From: Eledone cirrhosa
Taxonomy: Eukaryota
Direction: 5' to 3'
DNA length: 64,000 nt
Assembly (NCBI GenBank): GCA_964016885.1
Contig: OZ024740.1
Location: 40,052,001-40,116,000, forward strand
Under the pieces are notes generated by a model. It ran no database searches and was not told where the DNA came from. It was given only the letters and a program-made list of their open reading frames with translations. Each line of letters starts with the position of its first letter. Position 1 is the first letter of the stretch. Shown in pieces: positions 1 to 39,071 of this stretch. The translations under genes were made by a program, and so were the position numbers.

Positions 1-105
1 GTATGTATACCACACCTAATGTTTATACAGGTAAATCTATATAAACTGTAAAATATCTATACCATACCTAATGTTTATACAGGTAAATCTATATAATAGA
101 CTAAT

Positions 106-531
106 TATTTAGCATTCACATTACTCTATATATACTATTATATTTTCACAGCAAAGGCTTTATTTCACATAATATCGAATCTATGACATTTTTGATATTA
201 TTTATTTTGAGAGTGAAGGCGTGTGGCTGATTGGTTAGAGAACTGGATTCGCAATCGTGAGGTTGTTAGTTCGATTCCCAGACCGGTCCATGCATTATGT
301 CCTTGAGCAAGACACTGTATTTCACGTTGCTCCTTCTACCTGGAGTTGCGACCGATAGATTATATTTACAATTGGAAAGACCAACGGAAACATTATTTCC
401 TCGGTCCGATTTGACAAAAGTCAATCGACAAATTTTGAGAACAATACCTTGACATCGGTATGAGTGGGCAGTTACAACCAGTTTCAACAGAAAGTGGTGG
501 GAGAATTCTGGTCGGCTTAAATGTTAAAGGG
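106..531 (-). mobile_element. piggyBac-type MITE (same family as 1577-1797) with a SINE inserted at about 213-432
   Basis: Right end TAAATGTTAAAGGG followed by TTAA; internal sequence is the reverse complement of 1577-1797; ATTTTGAGA repeated on both sides of the SINE; left end decayed. Confidence 0.6.
214..333 (+). mobile_element. tRNA-derived SINE head with CORE-like domain
   Basis: A box TGGCTGATTGG, B box GTTCGATTCC, then TGTCCTTGAGCAAGACACT; similar to 8870-9203. Confidence 0.75.
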
Positions 532-893
532 TTAAAATATCTATACCACACCTAATGTTTATACAGGTAAATCTACATAATAGACTATAGAGTGTCTCCC
601 TTTAAAATATTTATACCATACCTAATATTTAAACAGATAAATCTAGATGAATAATAGACTATAGTGTCTCCCTTTAAAGTATCTATACCATACCTAATAT
701 TTATGCAAATAAATCTACATTTTCAGAAACTTTCTGTGAAAATTCAAAGAAAAGCCAGTTAAAAACATCAGTATATCATCATTACATTAGTTATTCAGAG
801 TTCTAAGTATTAAACAAGGGATTATCTTTATCTACTTAATAAGAAAAACAAATGAAGAAATGTTGATATATGTGTATGTAATATATATTTCAG

Positions 894-29477
<28,584 letters not shown>

Positions 29478-30103
29478 TTGCTTCTGTTATCTGACACAAG
29501 TGGAAATGTTGCAGAGTAAAGTCTACTTTGATTATAAATTACTTGGTAGTTATCACAACTACATTTCAACTATATGAAATCTTTATAGATATTCTTTAAT
29601 ATCACTTCATTAAGTTTATTCTTATGTTATGTTTCTTTGCTTTTAAATGATTTTATTGCTAATTAGAATTTTTTTTTTCTTTTTTCAAGATTCTTAATTA
29701 TTATTATTATTATTATATATTCTTTTCAATTATCCTAATTTATTCATCTAAAAATAGTAATGGCATATCTTCTTTATTGAGACAATTGCTGATGCTGCTG
29801 TCATTACTACATGTTGTGTATATAAACATTTATGAAGTGATCATGTCTTGGTTGGATTAATCAAATATAAAACCTACATTCAAACTAGGTTTCATATTGA
29901 TGCAAATTATGTTTCAGTTACTGCTAGAGTTAATTAATGGTGAGACACCAATCAAGAGTTAATTAAAGGCAAAACACCAATCAAAATCTTAAGATTTCAG
30001 TTAATTTTAGTTTTGGATGGAAGTTAAATATTTCAGTATATTAATGACTTTTATTTTTATTTGTTCACTGTCTGCTGACATGTTTTCTGTTTTGATTTTT
30101 GTA

Positions 30104-30109
30104 AATAAA
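30104..30109 (+). promoter_or_regulatory. Candidate polyadenylation signal of SPT6
   Basis: First AATAAA I found after the stop, about 630 nt downstream, preceded by TGTA and followed by a T-rich tract. Confidence 0.55.
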
Positions 30110-30729
30110 ACCTTTGCTCCAATCAAATGATTTTATTTTTGAACTTGAACTTGAACTTGATAAAAATAATCTTGTAGATTATACCATTGGTTATTACAAG
30201 AGACATTTCAAGTATTGAAATAATTGTAGTAGTTGAAAATAGAAAATTTAAATCTAGCTGAATTTAAATCTTTCACTTAAAAAAGAGAATATTTGGACCA
30301 AGAATTAGAAACATTGTAAACTAAACTATACTACAGGTCATAATATATATTGTGCATTACACAGGTTAAAATATATATGATGTAATACAGAGTGGAGTAC
30401 ACATGGTATAATACACAGGGTGTAGTGTATATGGTAGAGTACACAGGTTACAATATATATAGTGCAGTACTTAGGGTGTAATACACAGTGTTATATATAT
30501 GGTATATTACTCAGGGTATAGTACATATGGTATAAACATTGCTTTAAATATCTCTTAGTAATAAACTTTACTATACTACAAGTTAAAATAAATGATGTAA
30601 TACACATGGTGTAATTATTTGCTTTAAATATCTATTAGTAAAAGTATATATGATGAGAGACTGGAGGTTAGTGTTGATGATTGAATGGAGACAATATGGG
30701 GTTTGTGAGGAGTCTTTGGTTTGGATAAA

Positions 30730-31005
30730 TGTAACAATAAAATACACTCTGTAAAGTGGTAATGTTTGTGCCACATTAAAACACACCCAGTCCAATCTGT
30801 AAAGTGGTAGTGTTAGTGCCACAATAAAATACACCCAGTCCACTCTGTAAAGTAGTAGTGTTAGTGCCACAATTAAATTCACCCCATACACTCTGTAAAG
30901 AGGTGTTAGTGTCACAATAAAAGACCCAGTCCATTCTGTAAAGTGGCTTGTATTGGAAGGGTATCCAGCTACAGAATCTGTACCAAATATGGAACATACG
31001 ATCAA
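30730..31005 (+). repeat. RTE 3'UTR-derived tandem ~50-bp units
   Basis: GTGCCACAATAAAATACACCCAGTCCACTCTGTAAAG repeated about five times, then GGAAGGGTATCCAGCT. Confidence 0.7.
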
Positions 31006-32527
31006 GTTTCTAGTCTTACATTAGTATTTAGAACAGGAAGTCTTTTGTGTTTAGACAGGTTGTGGTCATTTTGGGGTTTTGAAACAGATAGTGGTCATCT
31101 TGTGGTGTTTAGACAGGGAGGTAGTGGTCATCTTGATGTTTCAGTAGATATAGTTTGCTATTTATTATCTATCAAATTACGGTTGTGTTTTGTAGACAAC
31201 AAAACACAACCTCGTTATTGACATTAAATGAAAGCTATGGCCACTAAACACCTGTCATCTTCAGTTCTATCTTCTTATTCATAGGGGTAGAGTTCACAAG
31301 CATGCCTACCAGCGGCTCCTGTCAGAAGCAACCGTCACTAAGACCAGCAGAGCTCATGAATGTTATCCAACCATCTTACTCTGGGTCTCCGGCGATTGGT
31401 TTTGCTTCTACTATGTTAACAAATGTAAATCATATCTAGTAATGCTGATAAGAAATGTATCTCGTATGTAAACTTAGAAAGATGTACAGGATTTCATAAG
31501 TCTTTTCACATCCAACACAATAGATTATAGAAACAATACTCATACTAGAAAATTCTAAATACTCTCCCTCAATAGAAGGAATGGGTGGAATATCAACATG
31601 ACCACCACCTCAGTTATACAAGAGAATTGGTGAAGCAATATGATCACTACCACCACTTCATTCACACAAGATTGAGGATATAACTAGGATTGAAATCAAC
31701 TAAAAGCAATCAAAGTATATATACCTACAAACCCCTTTTTTCCATCTCCAGAGGTATGTTACCTGATTTGTTCAACTATTATTTATAATGGTCTATTATG
31801 GTTATTTGTGTTGGGATCCACACATTTCAAGCAATATATATATATATTTTTTATTCTATTAATAAATTGACTGGACTAACAGATTTTGTTATTTTATTCT
31901 ATTATATATAAGAATAAATTAAAATGGAGAAAGAACCAAGACTATAAAACTTTTAGTTTTTATCTTTAAGACACTGAAGAGTGTTGCTACATTAAGAATA
32001 GCAATAGCAACAAGAACATTAAACCCAAAACAATGATCATAACAAGATTAACAGCCCCTTGCCCATCTGAAAGGTCAGTGTTTACATCTAAGCTCCACAT
32101 GATTGCTGGTTCAGTCTGTAAAGAACCACCCAACCCTTCCTAGCAATGAAAATAGACATTATCATTTTATAAACGTTAAATGTTTATAAAATTATTGTAG
32201 CTAGGTGTACTTTATCGTTGAGAGTTAAGTATTTACTAATTAGCTGATTACAATGTTTTGGTCTGTATTTTAAATTTTATAATTTATGTTAACATATTTA
32301 ACACAAAGTGAAAGTCTTTTTGATAATTTATACATCTGAAACTAAGTTAATGCACCATTGTCGGAATCATGATATCTTTGTCAATTCACTTTCATTTACA
32401 ACATAGTAATAATGAAAACCATATAACTGCACTAAATTTAAGCACACCTGCAGCCCGCACAAAGGTTTTTGCAGCACAAGTATGTTTTATCTTCGTAAAA
32501 TTAGTTGTAATGTGTGCAATTAGTTGT

Positions 32528-32665
32528 GTGTGGCCCTCACACGACACGTGACCCTCTGACAACATATGTGGCCCTCTGACAACACATGTGGCCCTCTGAC
32601 AACACGTGACCTATTTGGCCCTCAGACAACGCATGTGACCCTCTGACAACACATGTGGCCCTCAG
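32528..32665. repeat. 22-bp minisatellite TGTGGCCCTCTGACAACACATG
   Basis: About six degenerate copies. Confidence 0.8.
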
Positions 32666-33094
32666 GTAGACATACCTGCTTTAAATGATAGTTGAGAAGA
32701 TGAGGTAAATAGCCCTGGAGATGTAAAAACTGGACATCAGTGCCAGTGATAAATATTTGGCAACCTTAGGGGCTTCTGTCCTCAGTCATTGTTACTCATG
32801 GTCTCCAGGAACAACATGGTGAAGGTGCTACCCTAGAGAATAAGGGTGGAGATACACTTAAAATGTCAGTCCAATTTACCAGGCTCGTTCTTACACATGG
32901 CCATCTTCATAGTGATTGTAATAAGTAGAGAAGTGGTCTAGGGACTCAGAACGTCAGATACAACCACCATTGTAGCTTCAACAATAATAACAACAGACTT
33001 ATACGGTCTGCAGATTAAGACAACACAGATGTTAAAGGGTCAAATAACAAAGAGACAACAGAACTGTATATAGGAGTGTGTGTACGTGTGTACA

Positions 33095-33171
<77 letters not shown>

Positions 33172-33176
<5 letters not shown>

Positions 33177-33308
33177 GTTATACTTTGGGAGGGTCATGTT
33201 GCCAATAAGAAACACACGCACCAGTTGCTTTCACTTCAATTTATTATATATTTATAAATTTACAAATTTAATTATTGGCAACATGACCCTCCCAAAGTAT
33301 AACAATAT
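33172..33308. repeat. Perfect 37-bp inverted repeat with 63-nt spacer, in a (TA)n-flanked segment
   Basis: ATATTGTTATACTTTGGGAGGGTCATGTTGCCAATAA at 33172-33208 and its exact reverse complement at 33272-33308. Confidence 0.92.
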
Positions 33309-33405
33309 CGGTTTCAACACACGATTTCAGATAAAGAATCTTGCTAAACAAATTCAGAAACGAAATATATATATATATATATACAGAAATCAATATTAAT
33401 TGTAT

Positions 33406-34236
33406 AATGAAAGGCAGGTTGTACGATGCCTGCATACGAACAGCAATGTTGCATGGCAGTGAGACCTGGGCATTGTGTGCAGAGGATATACGCAGACTAG
33501 AGAGGAACGAAGCTTGCATGCTCCGCTGGATGTGTAACAGTAATATACGTGAACGGCAAAGCATAAACGAACTAAGGAAAAAATTAGAAATAAGAGGGAT
33601 CAGATGTTGTTTACTCGAGAGAAGGCTACGTTGGTATGGACACGTGATGCGCATGAAAGTCGATAGCTGTATAACAAAGTGCAGGGCAATAAAGATAGAC
33701 GGTAGCCACGGAGTAGGCAGACCCAGAAAAACATGGGACGAGCTGATAAATTCCGACCTCACACGCTTACACCTCACCAAGACAATGTCACTGGACCGAG
33801 ACCTTTGGCGGTACTCAGTAATAGAGAAGACCCGCCTTACCTAAATATATAGTAAAACCTACTCCAGCCAGTAGGCATCTCTAACAAAATACACCCCGTC
33901 CCACCACCCCCACCCCATCCACACCACCCCGTTCTATGTAAAGTTATGTTGGTGCCGCGCCATCCAGGCCGAAACAAATGAGATCGTGTAGGTGTCACGA
34001 CAAAAAAACACACAGTCCACGCTGTAATGTGGCCGTGTAGGCAACACGGTAAAAACCTCCCAGCCCCACACTGTAAATGTGGTTGGTGTTAGGAAGGGCA
34101 TCCAACTAGAAAACCTGCCAGACAGTCCTATGCGAGCAAGACAATCACTCTTGCCTCAAGTGGGACTACCCCCGTCCAAACCCATGCAAGCGTGGAACAC
34201 GGACGTTAAACGTTGATGATGATGATGATGATGATG
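33406..34236 (+). mobile_element. RTE LINE 3' fragment, nearly identical to the end of 35868-38794
   Basis: MKGRLYDACI...EKTRLT*, 3'UTR, (GAT)n tail. Confidence 0.95.
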
Positions 34237-34650
34237 TAAGACCTATGGTCATGAATCTATATAATGACCAAAAGAATAAAAGTGTCCGAAATAGGGTTCC
34301 TCCAAAGGGTCTTTGGATGAACGTTAGTCGATAGAGTATGAAGATCGGAGATCAGAGTCACTCCAGGTGGAGCCACTACGTCTCCGAATTGAGAGATCAC
34401 AGCTCTGATACTATGAACATGTGGTTAGAATGTCTCAGGAAAGAATTGCTGGACAGATTTTACAGGCAAATTCAACTGGCAGGAGACCCAGGGGAAGACC
34501 CCAATCAAGATGGTTAAACAACATCCAAGAATTGGGCTGGTCTCGCTTGGGGATCCAGTTGGAAACGGTTGCTTCTGACAAAACCCGCTGGAAGGAGTGT
34601 TTGAGGACTCTGCCCCCATGACTTTCTCAGGAATAAGTGGGTGAATAAGA
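34237..34650 (+). mobile_element. Decayed Rex3/Expander-like RTE fragment
   Basis: TYGHE, IERSQL, VVRMSQER...TGRRPRGRPQSRW; same family as 47050-47490. Confidence 0.75.
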
Positions 34651-34764
34651 AGAGCAGAATATTGTAATTCAGATGACAAGGTACAAAAGTAATCAAAATA
34701 TAAAAACATTACATTACTTGTTACACATAAACTTTGGATGACAATAATTTAAATTTCTTGTCCA

Positions 34765-35665
34765 GTCAGTCTTACTAACTGCATTGCCAAACTGATGGAA
34801 TCCTGTGTCAGAGAAACACTCTGGAACTTCTGGAACTCTCACAGTCTTATCTGGCCCTCGCAATTTGGATTTATCCCTAACTCCAGCTGCTGTGATCAAC
34901 CTATCGAGTTTCTTGAAGACATCACCCGGATCACTGATGGCGGCTCATGGGTGGATGTTGTTTACCTTGACTTTGCTAAAGCTTTCAATTCTGTGCCACA
35001 CAAAAGACTTATGGCAAAACTCTCTGCAATGGGTGTGAAGGATGATCTTTTTAACTGGTTGAAGTCCTTCATTCTCAGTCGAAGAGAGGTAGTCACGGTT
35101 CTAGGACAGCATTCCTCACCATGAGATGTCATCTGGTGTACCACAGGGATCTGTTCTTGGTCCCCTTTTGTTTGTGGCATATATTAATGACATAGATGCC
35201 AACTTAAAAATGCTACAGTACTGAAATATGCAGATGACATCAAGCTGTACCTTGAGATAAAAAGGACAGATCCTGAACACTATTGATCTTGCCTGCAATC
35301 TGACCTGGACACAATGAAACAAAAGCTAGCTGTGAACAAGTGTACCACCATGCATTTTGGGAAGTAAAAACCCAGCGTCCACATACTCCCTCCATAACAC
35401 TAATATCAAGAAGTCTTCTTGTGAACGTGACCTGGGCATTACGGTCAGGAGCGATTTGCGTTGGACAAAGCATGTCTCTAAAATTGTCAAGAAGGCCGAG
35501 GGTGTCTTAGCATCACTCAGCAAGACCTTTGTCAGCCGCTCTCCAGCTATCTATTTAAAGCTGTATATAGCTATGGTGCGGCCACACTTAGAGGTTCCAG
35601 ACCGGTGATGCAAATTCTATCTTGCTCAGAACATTGACCACCTGGAAATTGTTCAGAGACATGCT
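34765..35665 (+). mobile_element. CR1-clade LINE reverse transcriptase fragment (pseudogenised)
   Basis: QFGF, VDVVYLDFAKAFNSVPHKRL, SGVPQGSVLGPLLF, YADD, ERDLG, LYIAMVRPHLE; stops and frameshifts. Confidence 0.88.
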
Positions 35666-35867
35666 ATGTACTATACATGCACCTTTGACGAGTTGTAGTG
35701 CACTGTACACAATAATTTAATTATTATTATTATAACTTAAGGTGTATTTTTTCTTATATATTATTAAAAAATATATAGTAAAGGATATATATATATATTT
35801 GTATAAACATATTTGTTGTTATTCTACTGTAAATTTATTTACATGCTATTTGCATCACAGAATTCCA

Positions 35868-38794
35868 GGCGCCAGAATCCTGGAATTCTGTGATGCAAAT
35901 AACCTAACTATCTGTAACACTAACTTCAAAAAACGTGACAATCACCTGATCACCTATAGATCCGGGGAACACAAGCCAGGTAGATTATATCCTTACCAGA
36001 AGACGTGACAGAGTGTCTGTTGTTAACACTAAATCCCTCCCCCATGAAGAATGCACCTCCCAACATAGACTGATAATTAGCGACCTCATAGTCAGGACGA
36101 GACGTACTCGACAACAGAAGAGGACTATCCTCAGGAGGAAAATATGGAAGCTAAAGGACCCCACAGCCAGGAATAAATTTCAAAGCATATTACTTGATGC
36201 TTTCGACAGTAAGGTAGAACATTTAGAGTCGGACAATATAGAGGGAGAGTGGGAATTTCTGAAAGCAAACCTGCTGTTGGCGACAGACGAGGTCTGTGGC
36301 TGGAGCAGGCCTGTAGGCAGGAGGAGAGTAACATGGTGGTGGAACAGTAAGGTGGAGGGGTCAATTAAGGCCAAAAAGCAGGCTTGGAAAGTATGGCGGG
36401 ATGGGGGAAGTAGAGAGGACTATCAAGTGGCCAGGAGGGAAGCTAGGAGACAAGTGTACTTAGCAAGAAGGGGAGCTGAGGAAAGAAAGTTCAAGCATGT
36501 TCTACAACGCGATGACCAAAAACGTGAGGTGTTCAGGATTGCTAGGCAATGCGTCAAGGAAAACCGTGATATTGTCGGGGAGAAGTGTGTACTAAACGAC
36601 GATGGCACACTTGCCATCACCGACGCTGATAAGAAGGTAGCTTGGAAGTGTCACTATGAAAGGCTACTAAATGAGGAGAATAATTGGGAGAAAGGCAGTC
36701 TCCCCCATATCGACCCAATAGAGGGACCAGCAGTGTTAGTCGAGGGGAGTATAATAAGTAAGGCAATCAAGGATATGAAGACTGGTAAGGCGGCTGGGCC
36801 TTCGGAAATAGTTGCTGAGATGCTGAAGGCATCTGGCACGGTGGGACACGCCATGGTCACCCGCATAGTTAACCAAGTCGTACAGAATGGGGTTGTTCCG
36901 AAGGACTGGCATAGCAGCATCATCGTTAACTGTTATAAGGGTAAAGGAGACGCCCTAGATAGGAGTAACTATAGAGGCATTAAATTAATCGACCAGGTCA
37001 TGAAGGTCACGGAAAAAGTAATAGCGCAACTAATCAGAGAGAGAATTGACCTAGATGAAATGCAGTTCGGGTTTGTGTCAGGCAAAAGTACCACAGACGC
37101 TCTTTTCATAGTACGACAACTACAGGAGAAGTACCTAGCTAAAGGTAAACCCCTCTACTTAGCTTTTGTCGACTTGGAGAAAGCCTTCGACAGAGTCCCC
37201 CGCTCCATTATCTGGTGGGCTCTTAGAAAACTAGGCATTGACGAATGGCTTGTGAGGGCTATACAAGCCATGTATAAAGAAACAGTCAGCAAGGTTAGAA
37301 TTAACAACGAATATAGTGAAGAGTTTAGCGTAAAAGTTGGCGTCCATCAGGGCTCTGTTCTCAGTCCACTACTATTTATTATTGCCCTTCAGGCTATAAC
37401 AGAGGAGTTCAAGACAGGCTGCCCATGGGAACTCCTATACGCAGACGACCTGACACTCATAGCGGAATCAATGGCCGAGCTAGAGAAGAAATTCCAAACA
37501 TGGAAGCACGGCCTAGAGTCAAAAGGACTTAAAATTAACCTGGCTAAGACCAAAGTACTAGTTTGTAGGAAAGAAAACAAGGCGGCGGTCCCTTCTGGGA
37601 AATGGTCGTGCTCGGTGTGTAGGAAAGGCGTAGGTAGAAACTCCATTTTATGTCCTAAATGCAAAGTATGGGTGCATAAAAGATGTAGTGGGATCACAGG
37701 TAAGCTAACTAAGAACATAGATTTTACATGTGGCCGGTGCTCTGGTGCAATAAGTAGCAGCAAGTGCCCACAAACTACTAGCTCTTTCAATTGCGCAGAG
37801 GGTTCTATAGAAATAGTGGACAGCTTCCGTTACCTGGGCGATAAAATCAGCAGTGGGGGAGGGTGCTCTGAAAGTACTGTAGCTAGAGTCAGAACTGGTT
37901 GGAAAAAGTTCAGAGAGCTTATACCACTATTAGCTGCTAAAGGGTTCTCACTAAAAATGAAAGGCAGGTTGTACGATGCCTGCATACGAACAGCAATGCT
38001 GCATGGCAGTGAGACCTGGGCATTGTGTGCAGAGGATATACGCAGACTAGAGAGGAACGAAGCTTGCATGCTCCGCTGGATGTGTAACAGTAATATACGT
38101 GAACGGCAAAGCATAAACGAACTAAGGAAAAAATTAGAGATAAGAGGGATCAGATGTTGTTTACTCGAGAGAAGGCTACGTTGGTATGGACACGTGATGC
38201 GCATGAAAGTCGATAGCTGTATAACAAAGTGCAGGGCAATAAAGATAGACGGTAGTCACGGAATAGGCAGACCTAGAAAAACCTGGGACGAGCTGATAAA
38301 CTCCGACATCACACACTTACACCTCTCCAAGACAATGTCACTGGACCGAGACCTTTGGCGGTACTCAGTAACAGAGAAGACCCGCCTTACCTAAATATAT
38401 AGTAAAACCTACTCCAGCCAGTAGGCATCTCTAACAAAATACACCCCGTCCCACCACCACCACCCCCACCCGATCCACACCACCCCGTTCTATGTAAAGT
38501 TATGTTGGTGCCGCGCCATCGAGGCCGAAACAAATGAGATCGTGTAGGTGTCACGACAAAAAAACACACAGTCCACGCTGTAATGTGGCCGTGTAGGCAA
38601 CACGGTAAAAACCTCCCAGACCCACACTGTAAATGTGGTTGGTGTTAGGAAGGGCATCCAACTGTAGAAAACCTGCCAGACAGTCCTATGCGAGCAAGAC
38701 AATCACTCTTGCCTCAAGTGGGACTACCCCCGTCCAAACCCATGCAAGCATGGAACACGGACGTTAAACGTTGATGATGATGATGATGATGATG
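35868..38794 (+). mobile_element. 5'-truncated RTE-clade LINE
   Basis: End of APE endonuclease (ILEFC...NTNFKK...TY, frameshift near 35970, QVDYIL...SQHRL), intact RT region, 3'UTR, (GAT)n tail. Confidence 0.96.
36013..38394 (+). CDS. RTE ORF remnant, 793 codons: reverse transcriptase with an internal C4HC3 PHD finger; endonuclease truncated
   Basis: KAAGPS, NYRGIKL, QFGF, FVDLEKAFD, QGSVLSPLLF, YADD, GLKINLAKT, PHD at 37609-37740, FRYLG, RRLRWYGHV. Confidence 0.85.
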   Translation: MSVVNTKSLPHEECTSQHRLIISDLIVRTRRTRQQKRTILRRKIWKLKDPTARNKFQSILLDAFDSKVEHLESDNIEGEWEFLKANLLLATDEVCGWSRPVGRRRVTWWWNSKVEGSIKAKKQAWKVWRDGGSREDYQVARREARRQVYLARRGAEERKFKHVLQRDDQKREVFRIARQCVKENRDIVGEKCVLNDDGTLAITDADKKVAWKCHYERLLNEENNWEKGSLPHIDPIEGPAVLVEGSIISKAIKDMKTGKAAGPSEIVAEMLKASGTVGHAMVTRIVNQVVQNGVVPKDWHSSIIVNCYKGKGDALDRSNYRGIKLIDQVMKVTEKVIAQLIRERIDLDEMQFGFVSGKSTTDALFIVRQLQEKYLAKGKPLYLAFVDLEKAFDRVPRSIIWWALRKLGIDEWLVRAIQAMYKETVSKVRINNEYSEEFSVKVGVHQGSVLSPLLFIIALQAITEEFKTGCPWELLYADDLTLIAESMAELEKKFQTWKHGLESKGLKINLAKTKVLVCRKENKAAVPSGKWSCSVCRKGVGRNSILCPKCKVWVHKRCSGITGKLTKNIDFTCGRCSGAISSSKCPQTTSSFNCAEGSIEIVDSFRYLGDKISSGGGCSESTVARVRTGWKKFRELIPLLAAKGFSLKMKGRLYDACIRTAMLHGSETWALCAEDIRRLERNEACMLRWMCNSNIRERQSINELRKKLEIRGIRCCLLERRLRWYGHVMRMKVDSCITKCRAIKIDGSHGIGRPRKTWDELINSDITHLHLSKTMSLDRDLWRYSVTEKTRLT

Positions 38795-39071
38795 CTTTGT
38801 ATATTAATTGTATTTATTTATATTTTCATTCTGTAAAGAATTATAAACAATTAGTAATGTTATTTTAACTTAGAAACCATATATTTAAATATATTTGTGT
38901 CTATATGTGTATATATATATATAACGAAGGAGGTGTGGTAAGGAACCAGATGGACCATAATGCACCAGAGTACTCAATACTTAGGGTAGTAGAGTTTCGA
39001 CGGCTATTGATGAAATAGCCGTCGAAACGGCTTGAGCTCTGCCGTCGGGGTCATACATTTTCCTATATATA

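Larger units (their letters stand above)
1..720. repeat. Degenerate minisatellite (ATCTATACCACACCTAATGTTTATACAGGTAAATCTA...) interrupted by a MITE and a SINE
   Basis: About five copies, at 1-100 and 537-720. Confidence 0.7.

Noticed and set aside
33406-38794. LTR retrotransposon
   Set aside because: The direct repeats are LINE 3' ends with (GAT)n tails; no TG...CA, PBS, gag or integrase
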